Below are positions 11,581 through 24,865 of a stretch of DNA of 64,000 nt, in pieces (position 1 is the first letter of the stretch; the number at the start of each line of letters is the position of its first letter). The position numbers and the translations under genes are program-made. The notes below the pieces were generated by a model that was not told the DNA's origin, searched no databases, and saw only the letters and a program-made list of their open reading frames with translations. Location of the stretch: the NCBI RefSeq assembly GCF_006345805.1, contig NW_021834232.1:1-64000 (forward strand). Direction: 5' to 3'. This DNA is from Octopus sinensis (taxonomy: Eukaryota).

Positions 11581-12069
11581 ATCTGTGTCTATCAAATTAA
11601 TTTTAAGGTGAATACATTTTTTGATCATTTGTTTCGTTTTTCTCGTTCTTCTAAAACAAATCCACAAAAAAAATTATTGTTGAGATAATGCTCTTTGCAG
11701 AAGGAGATTTTTTGTACTCAAGCAAAGCATCATTTGTCAAGTCGTAAGTGAGTACAATATATGAAGTTTGCTCTGCCACTGAAACAGTAGGACGATTCGA
11801 GCCATTTACCTAATGAAAGGTTTCAACTCGATTTAATTGATCTTAAAGTTTGTTAGTTATTATTGTAGAATCAGAATGATTGTCTTTAGGGTACACATAT
11901 TCAAAATTAAATGAATTGGGTCAAAAAATACACCATTTCATTATAGAAGTTATAAAAACTATCAAAAATAGTGATCATTATAAAACATGTCAAATTAAAA
12001 AAAGATAGGGGTTTATTTATTTATTTATTAGGCGTTCAATGACTTATTTGCCCCACGGTATTCTATCAT

Positions 12070-13890
12070 AAAAAAATTATGAAGGGAGGGGGAATACGCT
12101 CGATTGCTGTTGGCCTGGTCTTTTATCTGTTGGCCCCAAAGCTTGTAGGCAGGGCAATCCTGTCTACGTTGATTACACAATTACAACCAGCCCAAATAGG
12201 GGTCGGCACACCGGGGGGTTGTGAAGCGGCAGTTCATGTTGTCCGAACATTCACCGAAAAGAACGAGAATACTCTTTTCGTAATCATCAAAATTGACATC
12301 AAAAATACCTTTAACTCGATACGACGTGATACAATTCTGGAGGATTGCTTCACATACTACCCATCAGTATACAGCTATATTAATAGCACATATGGAAAAC
12401 CATCCAGTCTGGTACACGGCCAATATCACATCCCATCGTCTTCTGGAGTCCAACAAGGAGACCCACTGGGGCCTGCCTTGTTTACCCTGAGAATTGCCCG
12501 TGTCACAAGATATTGCTCCACTTCCCTAAAGGGTATGGTATTTCGATGATTGCACAATGAGCGGCCATCCGAAGGATGTACTAGACTGCATGAAAAGTCT
12601 GATAGCCAAATTGAAATCCCTATGCTAACCCTAAACACTAATAATTGTAAATACCTGATTCTTGATACATTCAGAGAGATCATCCCTAAAGCCACAGAAA
12701 CCAAATAAGAACAACTAGAAATAGTTGGATGCCCTCTTACTGATGCTGGAATCAGTAACAATCTAATAACTAAAGAACATCAACTAAAAACAACATTCAG
12801 ACGTCTGGAGATGTTGTACGCACATACCTCCCTGCTAAGAAACGCCTTGCCAGCATAAAAACTTAATTACGTTCTTCGGAGCGCACCCTACTACCTGGAA
12901 ATGCAACAGCTCGACGATATTGATTGTCTCTTTCGAACCACCATTGAACGCATCACCAATGTGAAATTCGACGACGAAGGGTGGGACCAAGCGACCATAC
13001 CCGTTAACCTGGGCGGACTGGGAATCCCTTCTCCGAAAGATCTAGCTTGCCCCGCATATTTATCCTCTTTGGACTCTAGCCGACTCCTGATCAGGATGAT
13101 TCTCCAACTCCAAACTGAATCATCTGAAATCACAGACATAAAGCATTCGAGGGGGATGATGCCTGAGAAGAAATATCGTTACAGGACCATCTGCGAGGAT
13201 AAATATGAGAGCCTTCTAAACCAATCAAACCAACACAGACGTCCCTGTCTAGTGACTGGAAGATGCGAATCGAGTGGAGCTTGGATCACGCACTCTCCGT
13301 TGATAGCGTCGGAACCCACCTTGACGACGATACTGTCCGCATCGGCATCAGACTTGGAATGGAGATTTGCCGGACTCACAAATACCGGTGTGGGGCCACC
13401 GTCGATTGTTATGGACACCATGCCCTCTCTTGTCGAAGAAGTGCAGGACGATTCCCAAGACACAAGGCGATCAACGAAATTGTCAAGCTAGCCCTGGAGT
13501 CTGCAGGATACCCCGCCGTACTTGAACTGGTCGGGCTTGACAGAGGAGATGAAAAACGTCCTGATGGGATCACAATTTTCCGATTTGAAAACATTGCCGG
13601 GAGCGCAGTGGACAGACTGTATGCCGCGGAAAAAACGATGAGGGCGAAGGAGAGCAAATATGAAGCGCCGCGAGACCGATTCGTGTTCGGTCCGATTGTG
13701 GTCAAGACAACTGGAGGAATAAGTGGGAAATCGCTTCGCTTCCTAAAAAAGCTTGGACGCTTAGTTACATTAAAAAGCTACGACACACGTGAGACCCGGT
13801 GGCTTCTCTAGTTGATCTCCGTTGCTATCGTGAGAGGCAACGCAACGTCAATTATGTTGGCGGGGTCCACTTCGGATGGATGCTTTTGTT
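12070..13890 (+). mobile_element. CRE-clade retrotransposon, RT plus RLE, degenerate
   Basis: GGIRSIAVG, QIGVGTPGGCEAAVH, KIDIKNTFNSIRR, GVQQGDPLGP, GGLGIPS, CRCGATVDCYGHHALSCRRSAGRFPRH, KRPDG, AIVRGNA. Confidence 0.9.
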
Positions 13891-14004
13891 AACTTTTAGT
13901 AAATTACAATTATTTTACAGTAAATCATTTAATTTTTAAAATATTTTAAATTTATTGACTTAATTAGGATAAATTACATATCACGTTTTATGCACGTTAT
14001 TTTC

Positions 14005-14762
14005 TTTTTTTTTTTTTTTTTGTCCATAAATTTAATTATACAAACAAGACAAAAATTACAGATAGCTAATTAGATAGCTAGGACTCCAAGGCAATTGGAG
14101 TAAAGAGCAGCGAGTTGGACAGGTGGCCGTACTTGAGAATCTTTCGCTCCTCGGCCTGCCTGGAAGCGTGCCCAGGATTGGCGGCGGACAGCGCGAGATT
14201 TCCCAGCGAGAACGTGCGAGCAGGTAGAATCCAAATAAGGGATTTCCCCTGCTCGTAGGGAAGGGGACATGCCGTCAGGGCGTTGCCATCCCCTCTATCC
14301 AATCCAACGGTTCAAGGATAGACGGGATGCCTGCTGAGGCGAGGGCTCTCTGTACGACTGAGTTGAGTTCACTGTGACGGGGGGCACGACCGGCACTCCG
14401 CCGGCAAGCGAGGGGATGCAAACCGTACTCGTCAACAGTTCCCCCACAACGGCATTTGTGCGACTGGCAGATTTTCAGCCCGACACGGAGGGAGATTGCA
14501 ATTCTAGGCATTCCTTGTCCAACAGGTTCCCGATGGAAGGGAGAGGGAGAGCCTTTAACAGACACCGCTGCTTTCACAGCGACCTGCACGGAGGCAAGCG
14601 ACACGGTGTGATTGGAGACAGGAAGCAGCATAGGGAAGATTGCCTGACAAGAGATTGTTCCCATTGGCGCTGTACAGATTGAGAGTGGGCAGCTTCGAAC
14701 CAAACCGAGCCTCCCACCGACCACGGGCTGCAGAGTAAACTTCAGACAATTCCGTTCGGGGA
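14005..14762 (-). mobile_element. CRE-clade 5'-truncated copy with poly(A) tail (same family as 4030-4830)
   Basis: High nucleotide similarity to 4200-4800; T17 at 14005-14021; internal deletion after LES. Confidence 0.9.
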
Positions 14763-14964
14763 GGTTTTCTTTTTTGTTGTATTCTGGTTGTTAATCTGGT
14801 TCCAATTAATTATTGTTATTATTGGTTGTTAATTTTTATTTTTTCTCGAAATAATACTTTATTTTATAATATTTTGTTTTTTATTTGTTGAGATTAATTA
14901 AATGAACTACTGGTAAAATATTTCTATAAAGTTTATTTTGCAAGTAAATTGTATTTATTTTATC

Positions 14965-14969
<5 letters not shown>

Positions 14970-14997
<28 letters not shown>

Positions 14998-15718
14998 TGA
15001 AAACCAACCAATAACTACAAGTAATTAATTAAAAAGCTTCAAGTGGAAGCCGACGCGATCGAGAAGGAATTAGAGCGTACTATCGCAGGGAGGAATCCGC
15101 TCGAAAAACCATCTCGATTAGCGGGCGTCGCCTGTGATGGCAGACATGCGGGATCCCGATCTCCTGAACGAAGCTGATTGCCTTATGCCCAAGGAACCGG
15201 AAGTCTCAACCGCGAATGGAAGGAATTGGACACTTCTCCGTAAGTGAGGAGTACTTCCGCATTTTTGCATTCCGCGGTCGTGACAATAGATCCAGGAGCG
15301 GAGGCCGACATCAGCAGGTTCTGAGGCGAGAAAGAGTCCACACACGTGGCATCCCAGGTGAGAGGCTTCCCCCGTTGAAGGAAACACAGTTATCCCGTCA
15401 GGCCTTTTTCCGTCCCCCCGATCGATCCCAGTGGGTTCAAGCAGGGAGGGGATTCCGGCGACTTCCAGGGCTCTCCTGATAAGTCGTTAAGAAGAGCGCG
15501 CGTGACGCGGGATGCGGCCAGCACTGCGTCTGCACGATAGAGCGTGCAATCCAAAGCGACAGATTTTCGCGCCACAGCGCAGACATGTGGCTCGCATAGG
15601 CGAAGACCGAGACGTAAACAGATTCCAGTGCGTACGGACTCGCAGTCCAGAAGGTTCCCAATGCTCGCAGTGGAGTGGCATTTAGCCAGGCTCCGCTGTG
15701 AGGGCGACATGCCGTCTC
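14970..15718 (-). mobile_element. CRE-clade 5'-truncated copy with poly(A) tail
   Basis: CRPHSGAWLNA, GICLRLGLRLCEPHVC, LSCRRSAGR, KRPDG, FAVETSG, AIVRSN; T26 at 14970-14995. Confidence 0.88.
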
Positions 15719-15848
15719 AATCTTCATTCAATAGGATTCTTAAATTAAATTTAATTTTTTCTAGTATTTTAAATTTTGATTTTTTGGTCTTTCGATCTTT
15801 TTTTTAGTATTTTATTGTGTATTTTTATTGTGGCAGTTCATTCTAGTA

Positions 15849-16225
15849 CAGTGGTCGGCAGAATTTCCGACTTCACAGGCCGGATTATAAAATATTATTG
15901 GTCTGCGGGCCGGATAATTTTTTTACTTATTTAAGGCTAATATTAATTAATTGAATAAAACTTTTTTAACCAAACAACAAGTAAATTTTATTTTAATTGA
16001 ACTTGCTGTTTAATTTTTCATATACTGTTGTTTTTTGTTCGAGAGTTCATCGATATTAGGTGCATAGGTCGTTTTCGATAAAGTTAAAACATCATTAAGA
16101 TGATTATCCGCAATTCTTGTTCTACTGATTATTTTTCCTGTGTTTCATTTTTGAAAATAACTGTTCGCAAACAAAAGTACTTCCAAATAAAGATATCATT
16201 TTTTGGAATGGTTTACTAACAGCGT
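15849..16225 (-). mobile_element. hAT (SPIN/Charlie-like) transposon end with transposase C-terminus
   Basis: Terminus CAGTGGTCGGCA at 15849 with flank TTCTAGTA; minus strand reads MISLFGSTFVCEQLFSKMK..RTRIADNHL..L. Confidence 0.75.
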
Positions 16226-16545
16226 ATGTTTTCTACACGGTTGAACATATTTCTCATAAAATTCCACAATGTTACAAAGATTTGAATAAAAATTTTGCAT
16301 GTCAACGGAATTTTCTTACTGTTCGAGGTGATTTTAGAAGAGTGTATTTCTAGATAAGACTTTATGAACCCAATAAGAGAATTGCTCGACTTTTCCAAAT
16401 CTTCTCCTGAAGAATTATCCCCAAGTTGAGGGGCAAATTTGTTCAGATAAATTGCAAAACTTTTTCTGTAGTGATCCCAGTTTATGGGAGTAAGGTTGTA
16501 TCGTAGGAAATTAATGAAGTTTCGAATTGATAAATCCACAAATTA
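16226..16545 (-). mobile_element. I/Jockey-group LINE internal fragment related to ORF2 at 58017-60646
   Basis: RYNLTPINWDHYRKSF...EDLEKSSNSLIGFIKSYLE aligns to RYNLSTINWEHYRKCF...EDLEKSSNSLIGYIKSYLE. Confidence 0.85.
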
Positions 16546-16549
16546 ATCT

Positions 16550-16970
16550 TGTTTTAAAAAAGTGGAAAACGGAATAAACTAGCTATTAAGTACCGGCTCG
16601 CAGGATTGAAAGACAATTTTGTCCCAATTCCCCTGAGAAATGACATTGGAAGGGAGTTCAGAGAAATTTTGTTTCCAAAGTGCAAGGGCGGAATCAATAT
16701 CAGAGTCCAACGATGATTCAGTATTTTTTCCCAGAATCTTTTTTGTGCAAGAAGATATGATCTAGACGCCAAAGAATGAAAGGCAGGAAGATCCAAACCA
16801 AGACTGGAACGGAGGCCCGGGCCTCCGTGACTCACAGAAAGTTTATCCTGACACCAGGCAATATCGTCGAAATGTACATTAAGAATTTTCTCAGCAGAAC
16901 TCCGAACCAAGGTATCATAAGATTCCAGCACTTGCCTGACATAAAACAAGGAGAGCTCTTCAGGATATAA
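16550..16970 (-). mobile_element. CRE RT thumb-region fragment
   Basis: DTLVRSSAEKILNVHFDDIAWCQ..L.VSHGG.GLRS...PAF; the same region in 12901-13491 reads ERITNVKFDDEGWDQATIPVNLGGLG. Confidence 0.7.
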
Positions 16971-17099
16971 ATGATTTTTGGGATCAAAAGAGTTCTTATT
17001 TTCAAATGCAATAATGTGCGAATATACTATACCATTTCACATACTAAATGGGATTAGCAGAAATTTAAATGGGATTAACACCAAAAAATTCTTTGTTAA

Positions 17100-17660
17100 A
17101 ATTTTATGTTAACCATATTTAGTGTGTCAGCAATATTTCCCTGTATTCCAGAAATAAAGTTGTACATAATCTTTAGATGTAATTGTTTTCATTCTATCTA
17201 CAATTATTTGTTCAAGTATCTGTGTTCGATACTCTTTAATTGACAAACCTTCTCCTTGTTGGAATAAAATTTGGTTTTTTAGAAGAGATGTCTTTTCATG
17301 TGAGCTTTTACTTTTGACCATACGTTTTCGATGGGGTTAAGCATTGGGCTGTACGGACCGAGACGAAGAATGTGAAAATCATTAAATTTTAAATATTTTT
17401 CAACAAATTTTTTCTCTTGATTTTGTTAATTTCACAATTAGCTTCTTAAGGGTCGAATCTCAATTTCTTTAATGTGTACAAACTTAGATCGAGATGTCGA
17501 GCGATACTTGATTTTGATAATTTCGGAAAAATTAACTCAAATTTTCGTTTTATTCCATGAAGGGTAATTGTGATATCGTCTTCAATGTATGATATATGAA
17601 AGTCGACATGTTCTTTGTCAAACTTTTTTTTTATAATTTTACCTTTCGTGTCAGGTTTAA
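17100..17660 (-). mobile_element. Tc1/IS630-like transposase remnant with internal deletion
   Basis: ITLHGIKRKF..LSKSSIARHL..YTLKKL and LGPYSPMLNPIENVWSKVK (DDE_3 C-terminal motif). Confidence 0.75.
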
Positions 17661-18222
17661 ATCCATTCTTTATTTCGTGTCAGGTGCCTGTATTCGTCAC
17701 CACAGATCAGGCATTAAAATTTTCCCGTGCATCTGTTGGACTCATAACTGCATCGCAGGACTAACGCTGTCCTGGAGTACACGCATTGGGGGAGTGCAAT
17801 GGCATTTCCACTATGGTGGACGCCTTTTCCCCAGGTTTTGCTGGGCGGTACCACTTGTAGCCCACTTGGAAGACATTGCACGCTTCGGCATCCGAGCTGA
17901 CTCAGAATTTATAATTGGTGTCGATTATATTGTTTTCTTCTCCAGGTGGAGCACACATCGACATATCGGCACTTTTTTACTCGTCGACCCCTTGATTTTT
18001 TTGACTACCCTAATATTGAATCGACCCCCTTAATTTTTCAAAGTACTCTAATGGTCTATCTTTTTTTATCCGAATGTTTTCTCCTAAGACAATTTGAACG
18101 GTTTCATTGCATCATTTGATAATGACTTATTAGACAGTAAGCAGTATGGTCTACCAAAGGAATTTTTTATAAATCTAAATGCCAAATATTCATTTTTATA
18201 TTGACGAATTTTTAATGTAGAC

Positions 18223-18624
18223 CAGTGTTTCTTGGCCTTTTTTGACCGGGGACCACCAGTAACAAAACAATTTAATAAAAATTGTGACGGCTTCTTTTTA
18301 ATTGTGACGGATTCAAAAGTTGTTTCCCATTATGACGTCGCATATCATGCACTGCGCTTTATGGACGTTTTTAGGTTCAGTATATTTGATAAATCCATAT
18401 TGGACATAAGAATCAATCCATTTTCGATTAACCATTACAATCAAAAAACAAAAAACAAGTGGAATAAAATTAATAAAATATTCAAATGAATAAAAAACAA
18501 AAGTTTACCACTTTAAAAATAAACTAACTTAATTTAAAATTTAAAATGAAAAAATTATTAAATTTATTTTCGACCCCCTAAGATCGATTTGGGCTGATTT
18601 TCAACCCCATGTTGAGAACCGCTG
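18223..18624. mobile_element. Probable Charlie-type hAT MITE, old
   Basis: Ends CAGTGTTTCT and AGAACCGCTG (imperfect TIR). Flanks ATGTAGAC and GTCTATAC match at only 5 of 8 positions. Confidence 0.45.
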
Positions 18625-18787
18625 GTCTATACAACCCATAAAAGCTTTTCCAGCTTGTTTTAATGATGTATCAATACATTATGACCTCTATTTGGGGCAC
18701 TTATTTACAAAAAATGCCTCAAAAATGGAGGCTCGAAATTTTCTTTAAATTTATCCACAGTTTAACAATTTTTTTGTTTTTTAATTT

Positions 18788-21700
18788 AAAAAAAGGAAAT
18801 AACTAAAGTGTCGCAGACTTGCGGGTCAGTCCCGAAAGACAGACTGCGAATCGAGAGGCAGTTCCCGCGGAGAATTGAGACCGATACGCGCTCATCCCCT
18901 CCGGGCATTGGTTTTCAATTCGATTTTTTCGCTCAACAGCCGTAACAACTTCTTGCAAATGTAAGACTTACCGCCTTACCTGCCACCCAGACATTATCTT
19001 CTCTAGGATTTCAGGGAGGCCTCTGAGGGACAATTCCTGGGTGTCCGAGAGCTCCTCTCGCCATCCTAAACCATGGGCTAGCCGGATTGTTCGTCTTCTG
19101 ACTTTCTAGAGTGCGTCAACGAACTTCTTTCTCCCTGTCCTCTCAGAAGTTCCAGGCATATACGCCATAGGTCAACACGGGTAACACCATGGCGTTAAAT
19201 AAGAAGTATTTTTGATCAAATATATATTTCAGAATTGGTTTCGGAAATTGAAAATGGCATTTTATATTTCAGAAATAGTTTTATTTATGCTTTGTAAAAA
19301 ATGAACATAAAAAGTTTAATTTGATAAAGATACAGATTATTATTTCAATAATTATAAACTATTTTTCATTAATTATTGTTTAATTATCTTAATTTTTAAT
19401 GGCGAACCAAATAGATTATGACCTTTTTAGATACGTTTTATTTAGTTTGTTGTACTGCTCTATTAATTAGCTTTGCTTTATTTTTGTATTAAAATGGATT
19501 TAGAAGGAATATCTCGTGATGAAGTTTCTTTTAGTGATTTATTTATTTGAAATTTCGTCATTTTTTGTGATATTTTCCGATTTATTCCTCTAATCTGTTT
19601 CTTAAAATTATATATATTTCCTCCCATTTCAAAGTTTTTGACCAGAAGGTCGTTTTACTTGTCTTCTTGTTTTGTATTTTTTCACACAGTCAATTTATTA
19701 TTTCTTCATGCAACCGATTAACCCTTGATGTATGTTTAAGAAACAACGCCTCCTTGTTTCCTAACGTCAGTTTATCAGTGGATGAAATTAAAAATTCTTT
19801 CAAAATTCCGACTTGTCGAATTCGATATTTGACCTGTTCTATTTATTTTATCAAAAGACGAGGAGTTCTCCATTTATCTTGCCTGGATGAAATTAAAAAT
19901 TCTTTCAAAATTCCGACGTGTCGAATTCGATATTTGACCTGTTCTATTTATTTTATCAAAAGACGAAGAGTTCTTCATTTATACTACACTGACATTCAGA
20001 AAAACGAATCGATCCGTTTCAAATATTAGAATGAATAATCGGGATAGTTAATTAATGTCATCCGAATATTTGATTATTCACATTCCATTTTGAATTGAAA
20101 ATTGCTTAATGGAAGCAGAAAGAGGTTGCAGTACACTGTTAGGAAACAACACATTATATGCTTCTTCTGTGATTAGTTGTCTTTTACAATTTTGAAATGC
20201 ATTCATTTTCATATTTTTGTCAGTTAATAAGATGAGCTTTTTATTTAGGAGTATTTTCTGAATTAAGAGATGTTAAAAGCTTAAATTAAGAGATTTTAAA
20301 AGCATGTAAAATTTAATGGTTAGGGATTATATCTTATACATATTAAATTAATCAAACAATTATTCAAAATTAAAAAAAACAGGTCAAAACAACCCAGATT
20401 GAATTATTTTTAATAATTTTCTTACTGCTGCAGTTCTAGCAGTGATTGCTTTTTCGTATATCCACACACTCTCTGTGGGTAAGGATTACGTAGATTTATT
20501 CATTTGAAAAATGAGAAAATTATGGATATGAACTGTCGAGTTTTGAACAACATAACAATTTTTTCAGGAGTTATAGCCCAGCCGAACGGATTGCTTGCGT
20601 GTTCCCGCACACGATTACGAGCGAGATCTTCTGTCTCAACCAAGAGGACTTGCGAGCTACCATTTTCTTCCGAGCAATGAGGATACCGAGGTCTTTTATA
20701 AAGCATGAGGTGACAGATGTCTCAAAAGCCACAGGCACGAAGGAATGCCGAGTGGCAAAATTCTTGTACTTTTCTACTTTGCGGGCTTCCGCCAGGGCCG
20801 CGGCCGAGCCGGAAAAAGAAGCAGATGACAATAGGGCGGATGTGGCATCCAGAATAAGAAGGCATCTATCTCATCCGGGCGTTTGCCTTCCCCTCTGTCC
20901 AATCCGGCTGGTTCTAGCACGTTGGGAAAGCCAGCAGCGTTGAGTTCTCTTGAGATTACGTCGTTGATTGCTAATGGCGAGGCGACCGGCCTGCGCTTCT
21001 GCAGCATGAGAGGGGGTGAAGGCCTTTCACGTCCACCGTACCTTCGCATCGAAAGGGATGAGGGGCGCAGACATCAAGCCCCAGCCGAAAAGCAACCCCG
21101 ATACGCAGTGTTTTGTTGTCTAAGAGGGAACCCGTCGATGACGTTGGGTAAGCGACGAGCCAGGATCCACTAGCTCGTGTGCTGCAGCAAACAAGCACGC
21201 TTGGCGGTGTTGGTCCAAGGCCGACTGGAGCGTAGAGAACGAGTGTGCTGCCCAGATCTTGTCCCAATCCTTCTGTCTAGACATCTCAGAAGGGATATGA
21301 AGGTTGGAGTTGGTTTAGAATTTCAGGAGGTCGGCAGTCGGCAACTCCGGAGAGAGTTCGTTGAAGGGGAGTAGAACCTCCCGGTCAAGTTGACGGCTTC
21401 TGGAAATTGAAAAGAAATTTGCGTGTGGCACCGGATCTTTAGGCGAGCGAATACCGATCCCTCCGAACCTGACGGGAAGTTTTGCTTGGATCTAATTGAT
21501 TTTGTCAAAGGAAATGTTCAAAACTGCTTCTGTGCAGGATTTCAATAATTTTTCCAAGGAAGACAGAATGTCTGGATGCGAGTAGCATGGCAGGCAGCAG
21601 AGCGTGTATAGAAGTTTCGGCATATGTATACTGCTTTTCATGAGAAAAAAAGCGATGTGCGAGTCTAACTCCAAGAGTCTGCTTGTGAGGTTACAGAATT

Positions 21701-22649
21701 CCATGCCCTTCTTCGCCAGATGGGCCTTTAGGCCAGATGGGCTTAGAGGGTTTCCAAGAAAGGTTGCTTCTGATGGCTGGGTTGTTTGTGCACCAGTGAT
21801 GAAGTCTTAAATGATCATATTGAAATTCGGAAAATCCGCTTCAGGGTAGTTGAGGTTTAGGAGTCCCGATTTATTCACGTTAACTTCTAGGCCAAGGTTG
21901 CGTAAAGCAGGGATTAGTCGGGATAAGTCTTCGGTGATGGATTCCACAGAGCCGCCAATGGTCGCGTCGTCCAGGTACCATAAATTGAATGATAAAAGGA
22001 TTAATCGTACAGCCTCGTCGATTGCTAAAGCGAATATTAATTGTCCAAGAGGGTCGCCTTGTTGGACTCCAGTTCGGGAACGGATGACTGTATCCCCAAA
22101 GATAAGTGAGGTTTCTTCCCCGTACGAGAAGAAGACAAGCTGGGAAATCTCCGGAGTCCTCTCGGCGCATACCTCCATTATTCGGTCCCTCCTAACGCTG
22201 TTGAAAGAATTCCGCAGATCAAGTTTAACAGCCACGTGAGAATGAAGTAGGGCATCCTTTGAGAGAAAGAGAGTTCGGGCCCCGTGTACGGCAGCTTCAC
22301 AGGCGTTTGGGATCCCGACTCCCAGTTGAAATGAAGCTGTTCGACGCTGAGGCGTGGACTGACGTGTCGTGCGGCGGCTTTAGCGGCAAGCCGGCGGAAC
22401 AAGTTGCCAACAGCAATCGGACGAATACCGCCGTTCTTTTTCCTGAATGCCAGTAGATGAGACGAGAAAAGTAACTTCGTAGCAAAATTCGGGATGTTCC
22501 CGCCCAGCAACCGGTTTATAAGTGTGGTGATAGCAGTAAGTAGAGTTTGGCCTGTCTCGGCGGTCGTTTGAGAAATAAGGTCTTTTAAGTGCCCTGGGCG
22601 TAGTCCGTCTAGGCCCCCACAGCTGCTTTTCCCGAAAGATTGAATTGAA
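18788..22649. repeat. Segmental duplication copy 2 (partner 1-3850)
   Basis: Near-identical to 1-3850; here the CRE element continues about 290 bp further. Confidence 0.95.
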
Positions 22650-22940
22650 CGCTTGATTTCCTCGTTCGTCAGAGTTAGAACTGAACTGTCTCTTGGGCGT
22701 TCAAGGGGTCGGAGGTCGACGGGAGGGTCCGGATGTTTTGTTTTCAGCTTGTCGAGAACGTCGGGAGTTGGGAGTAAGACAGTGTCGTCGTTCATGACAG
22801 TGCGGATAGCAGCTCGGATGTCGCCTTCAGCCAGCTTGTTACTGACACGTTCATTTAAGTTCCGCCCGGAGTCGTAGTCCAGGTTAGAGTGCTTGTTGTT
22901 ATACTTCGTGTGTTGTGTGAAGGACAGGTTTCGGTACTTG
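20571..22940 (-). mobile_element. CRE-clade retrotransposon, longer copy of 1774-3850
   Basis: ORF 22178-22954: KLKTKHP, GGLDGLRPGHLKDL, LLAFRKKNGGIRPIAVGNLFRRLAAK; downstream RT and RLE as in copy 1. Confidence 0.92.
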
Positions 22941-23699
22941 TGCATTTCATGCATTACAAAATAAGGCTCTAAATAAATTAATGATCTAATGCTCTAAATA
23001 AATTAATGAGTAATCTTCACTGCTCATTTCGAACAAATGTCGATCAAGCATCATGAAGGGTGTTTTAGCACTAACCATTCATGTGCATAGAAAACATTAA
23101 ATTGTTTGCTCAGAAAAATTATATAAAATCAATCATTGTCTGCTTTAGTTCTTCCTCTTCTATACAGAAAAATCTGAGTGAACAATTGTTCTTTTGAATA
23201 AATGCCTTTCAGTCAGAGAATTCAAAAATTTTTGCGTGAATTCTGAATCTATGCTTTTCTCTTTTTCAATCATTTTATCAGGGTCCCTGTTCTTCGATTT
23301 TTATTATTTTTAAGAGATTTGCTTTTGAAAGTATAACAAAAGGCATTTTTATGTTGAATTTATTAATTATTGTCACAGGTCTGAAGTGACCCCAGGCTTT
23401 AAGGGACCCACTTTGAATTTAGAAGGCAAAAGTAAATAGCAGACATAAATTATATGTAAAAAATAGTATTTTACTTATTTTTATAATAATTTTAATGTTT
23501 AATTTATCAAATTCAATCTTATGTGCCAATTGACACAACAAATCATTTATTGCATATTCTATAAGAGACTATCTTGACATTTAGGAGTTATTTAAATGTA
23601 TATCTAGATACTATGTAATAAAAAAAGCAAACAAAACCCAAAAGATATTTAAACGAAAAAATGCTCCGAAACTATCAATTAACTCTTATTGTATTTGAA

Positions 23700-24490
23700 A
23701 TTATTCCATGGTCGGATGCAATAACGGACCCCCATCATTAGTGAAGGTTCCAATAAAATGTGCGAATGAGCAGGCATAGAGGATTCACCAAATCGGCGAC
23801 AGACACAGCCAGTTTATCACACTAAACGAACCCTTTTACGCACAATTCATTTCCAAATATTTGTTTGCCTCCTCGATTCTCTTCCCGAACTTCTTATAGA
23901 ACTTATTCTGCTTTTCTTGTATACATTTTATGTCGATAGCTAAATTTATTCATTAAAATTACCGGTATGTGTTTTAGTAATACACAAAGAGAGAATTTGT
24001 GTATAGTTGGCCACTATTTCGTAATTTAAATTCCCCAAAAGTGCCATATATTTTTGGAAATGACGAGAAAGTTCAAATCGAAGTGAAACGTCAACATTCA
24101 AATTCAAAACTGTCGAAATAAATTCCAAAAATTTTAAGAATTACTCCAAAACAGCAGTAATAAAAAATAGCAATCCATCAACAGCATTAGCGACTTGAAC
24201 TTAGGGAAAATTCAAAAAGACTTCAAATACATTTCTCAACCAAATGGTTAGCATTTTATGAAATGTAAGATCTCTGGGAACCCTAAACTCGGCAAGTTCT
24301 TCAAAAATAACATAAAGGATGTCGCACTGTCTAGAAATACACTCAATGCTAAAAATATTCCAATAATTTACAAACCTGATTTTCTGGTCGTAAAAACACT
24401 GAATGCGCACAAATATTTTAATCAGTGACGTGTACAGCAAAACATTAACCTGGCCTAGCTAACCTTGTCATTGCTCAATGGACATAGAAA
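23700..24490 (-). pseudogene. Possible decayed host gene with a micro-intron
   Basis: ORFs 24201-24440 and 23946-24128 are in one frame, separated by TAA at 24201 and 24141. A 23-nt GT-AG intron (23940-23962) joins them to AIDIKCIQEKQNKFYKKF. No family recognised. Confidence 0.35.
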
Positions 24491-24514
24491 TTATCACGTG
24501 ATTTATCGAATTAA

Positions 24515-24865
24515 AATAAATTATCACGTGTTATGCACGTTGTTTTTATCTTCTGTTGTGCTTCTGGTTGTTAATTTTTATTTCATTTTTTCTTGCTATT
24601 AATGTTTTATTGTTTAATATTTTTGTTTTTTTATTTGTTTGAAGATTAATTAATTTGACAACTGGTAAAATATCCTGGATAAAGTTTATTTTGCAAGTGA
24701 ATTTGTATTCATTTTATCAATTAATTAATCTCCATTCACAAGAACTTTTTACTTTAAATTTAATTCTCTCGTGGTATTCTATTGTCGATTTGGATTTTTT
24801 TAGTATTTCGATCTTTTCTAGTTTTTTATTGTCTATTTTTTATAGTTATAGTTCATTCTAGTAAA
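24515..24865. repeat. AT-rich repeat; uninterrupted homolog of 13970-14004 + 14763-14969 + 15719-15848
   Basis: Collinear shared blocks TATGCACGTT, TTCTGGTTGTTAAT, CTGGTAAAATAT, AAAGTTTATTTTGCAAGT, TTCGATCTTTT, AGTTCATTCTAGTA. Confidence 0.8.

Noticed and set aside
17596-18033. 145-aa plus-strand ORF
   Set aside because: Begins antisense to the Tc1 remnant and has no recognisable motif in any frame; left unannotated.
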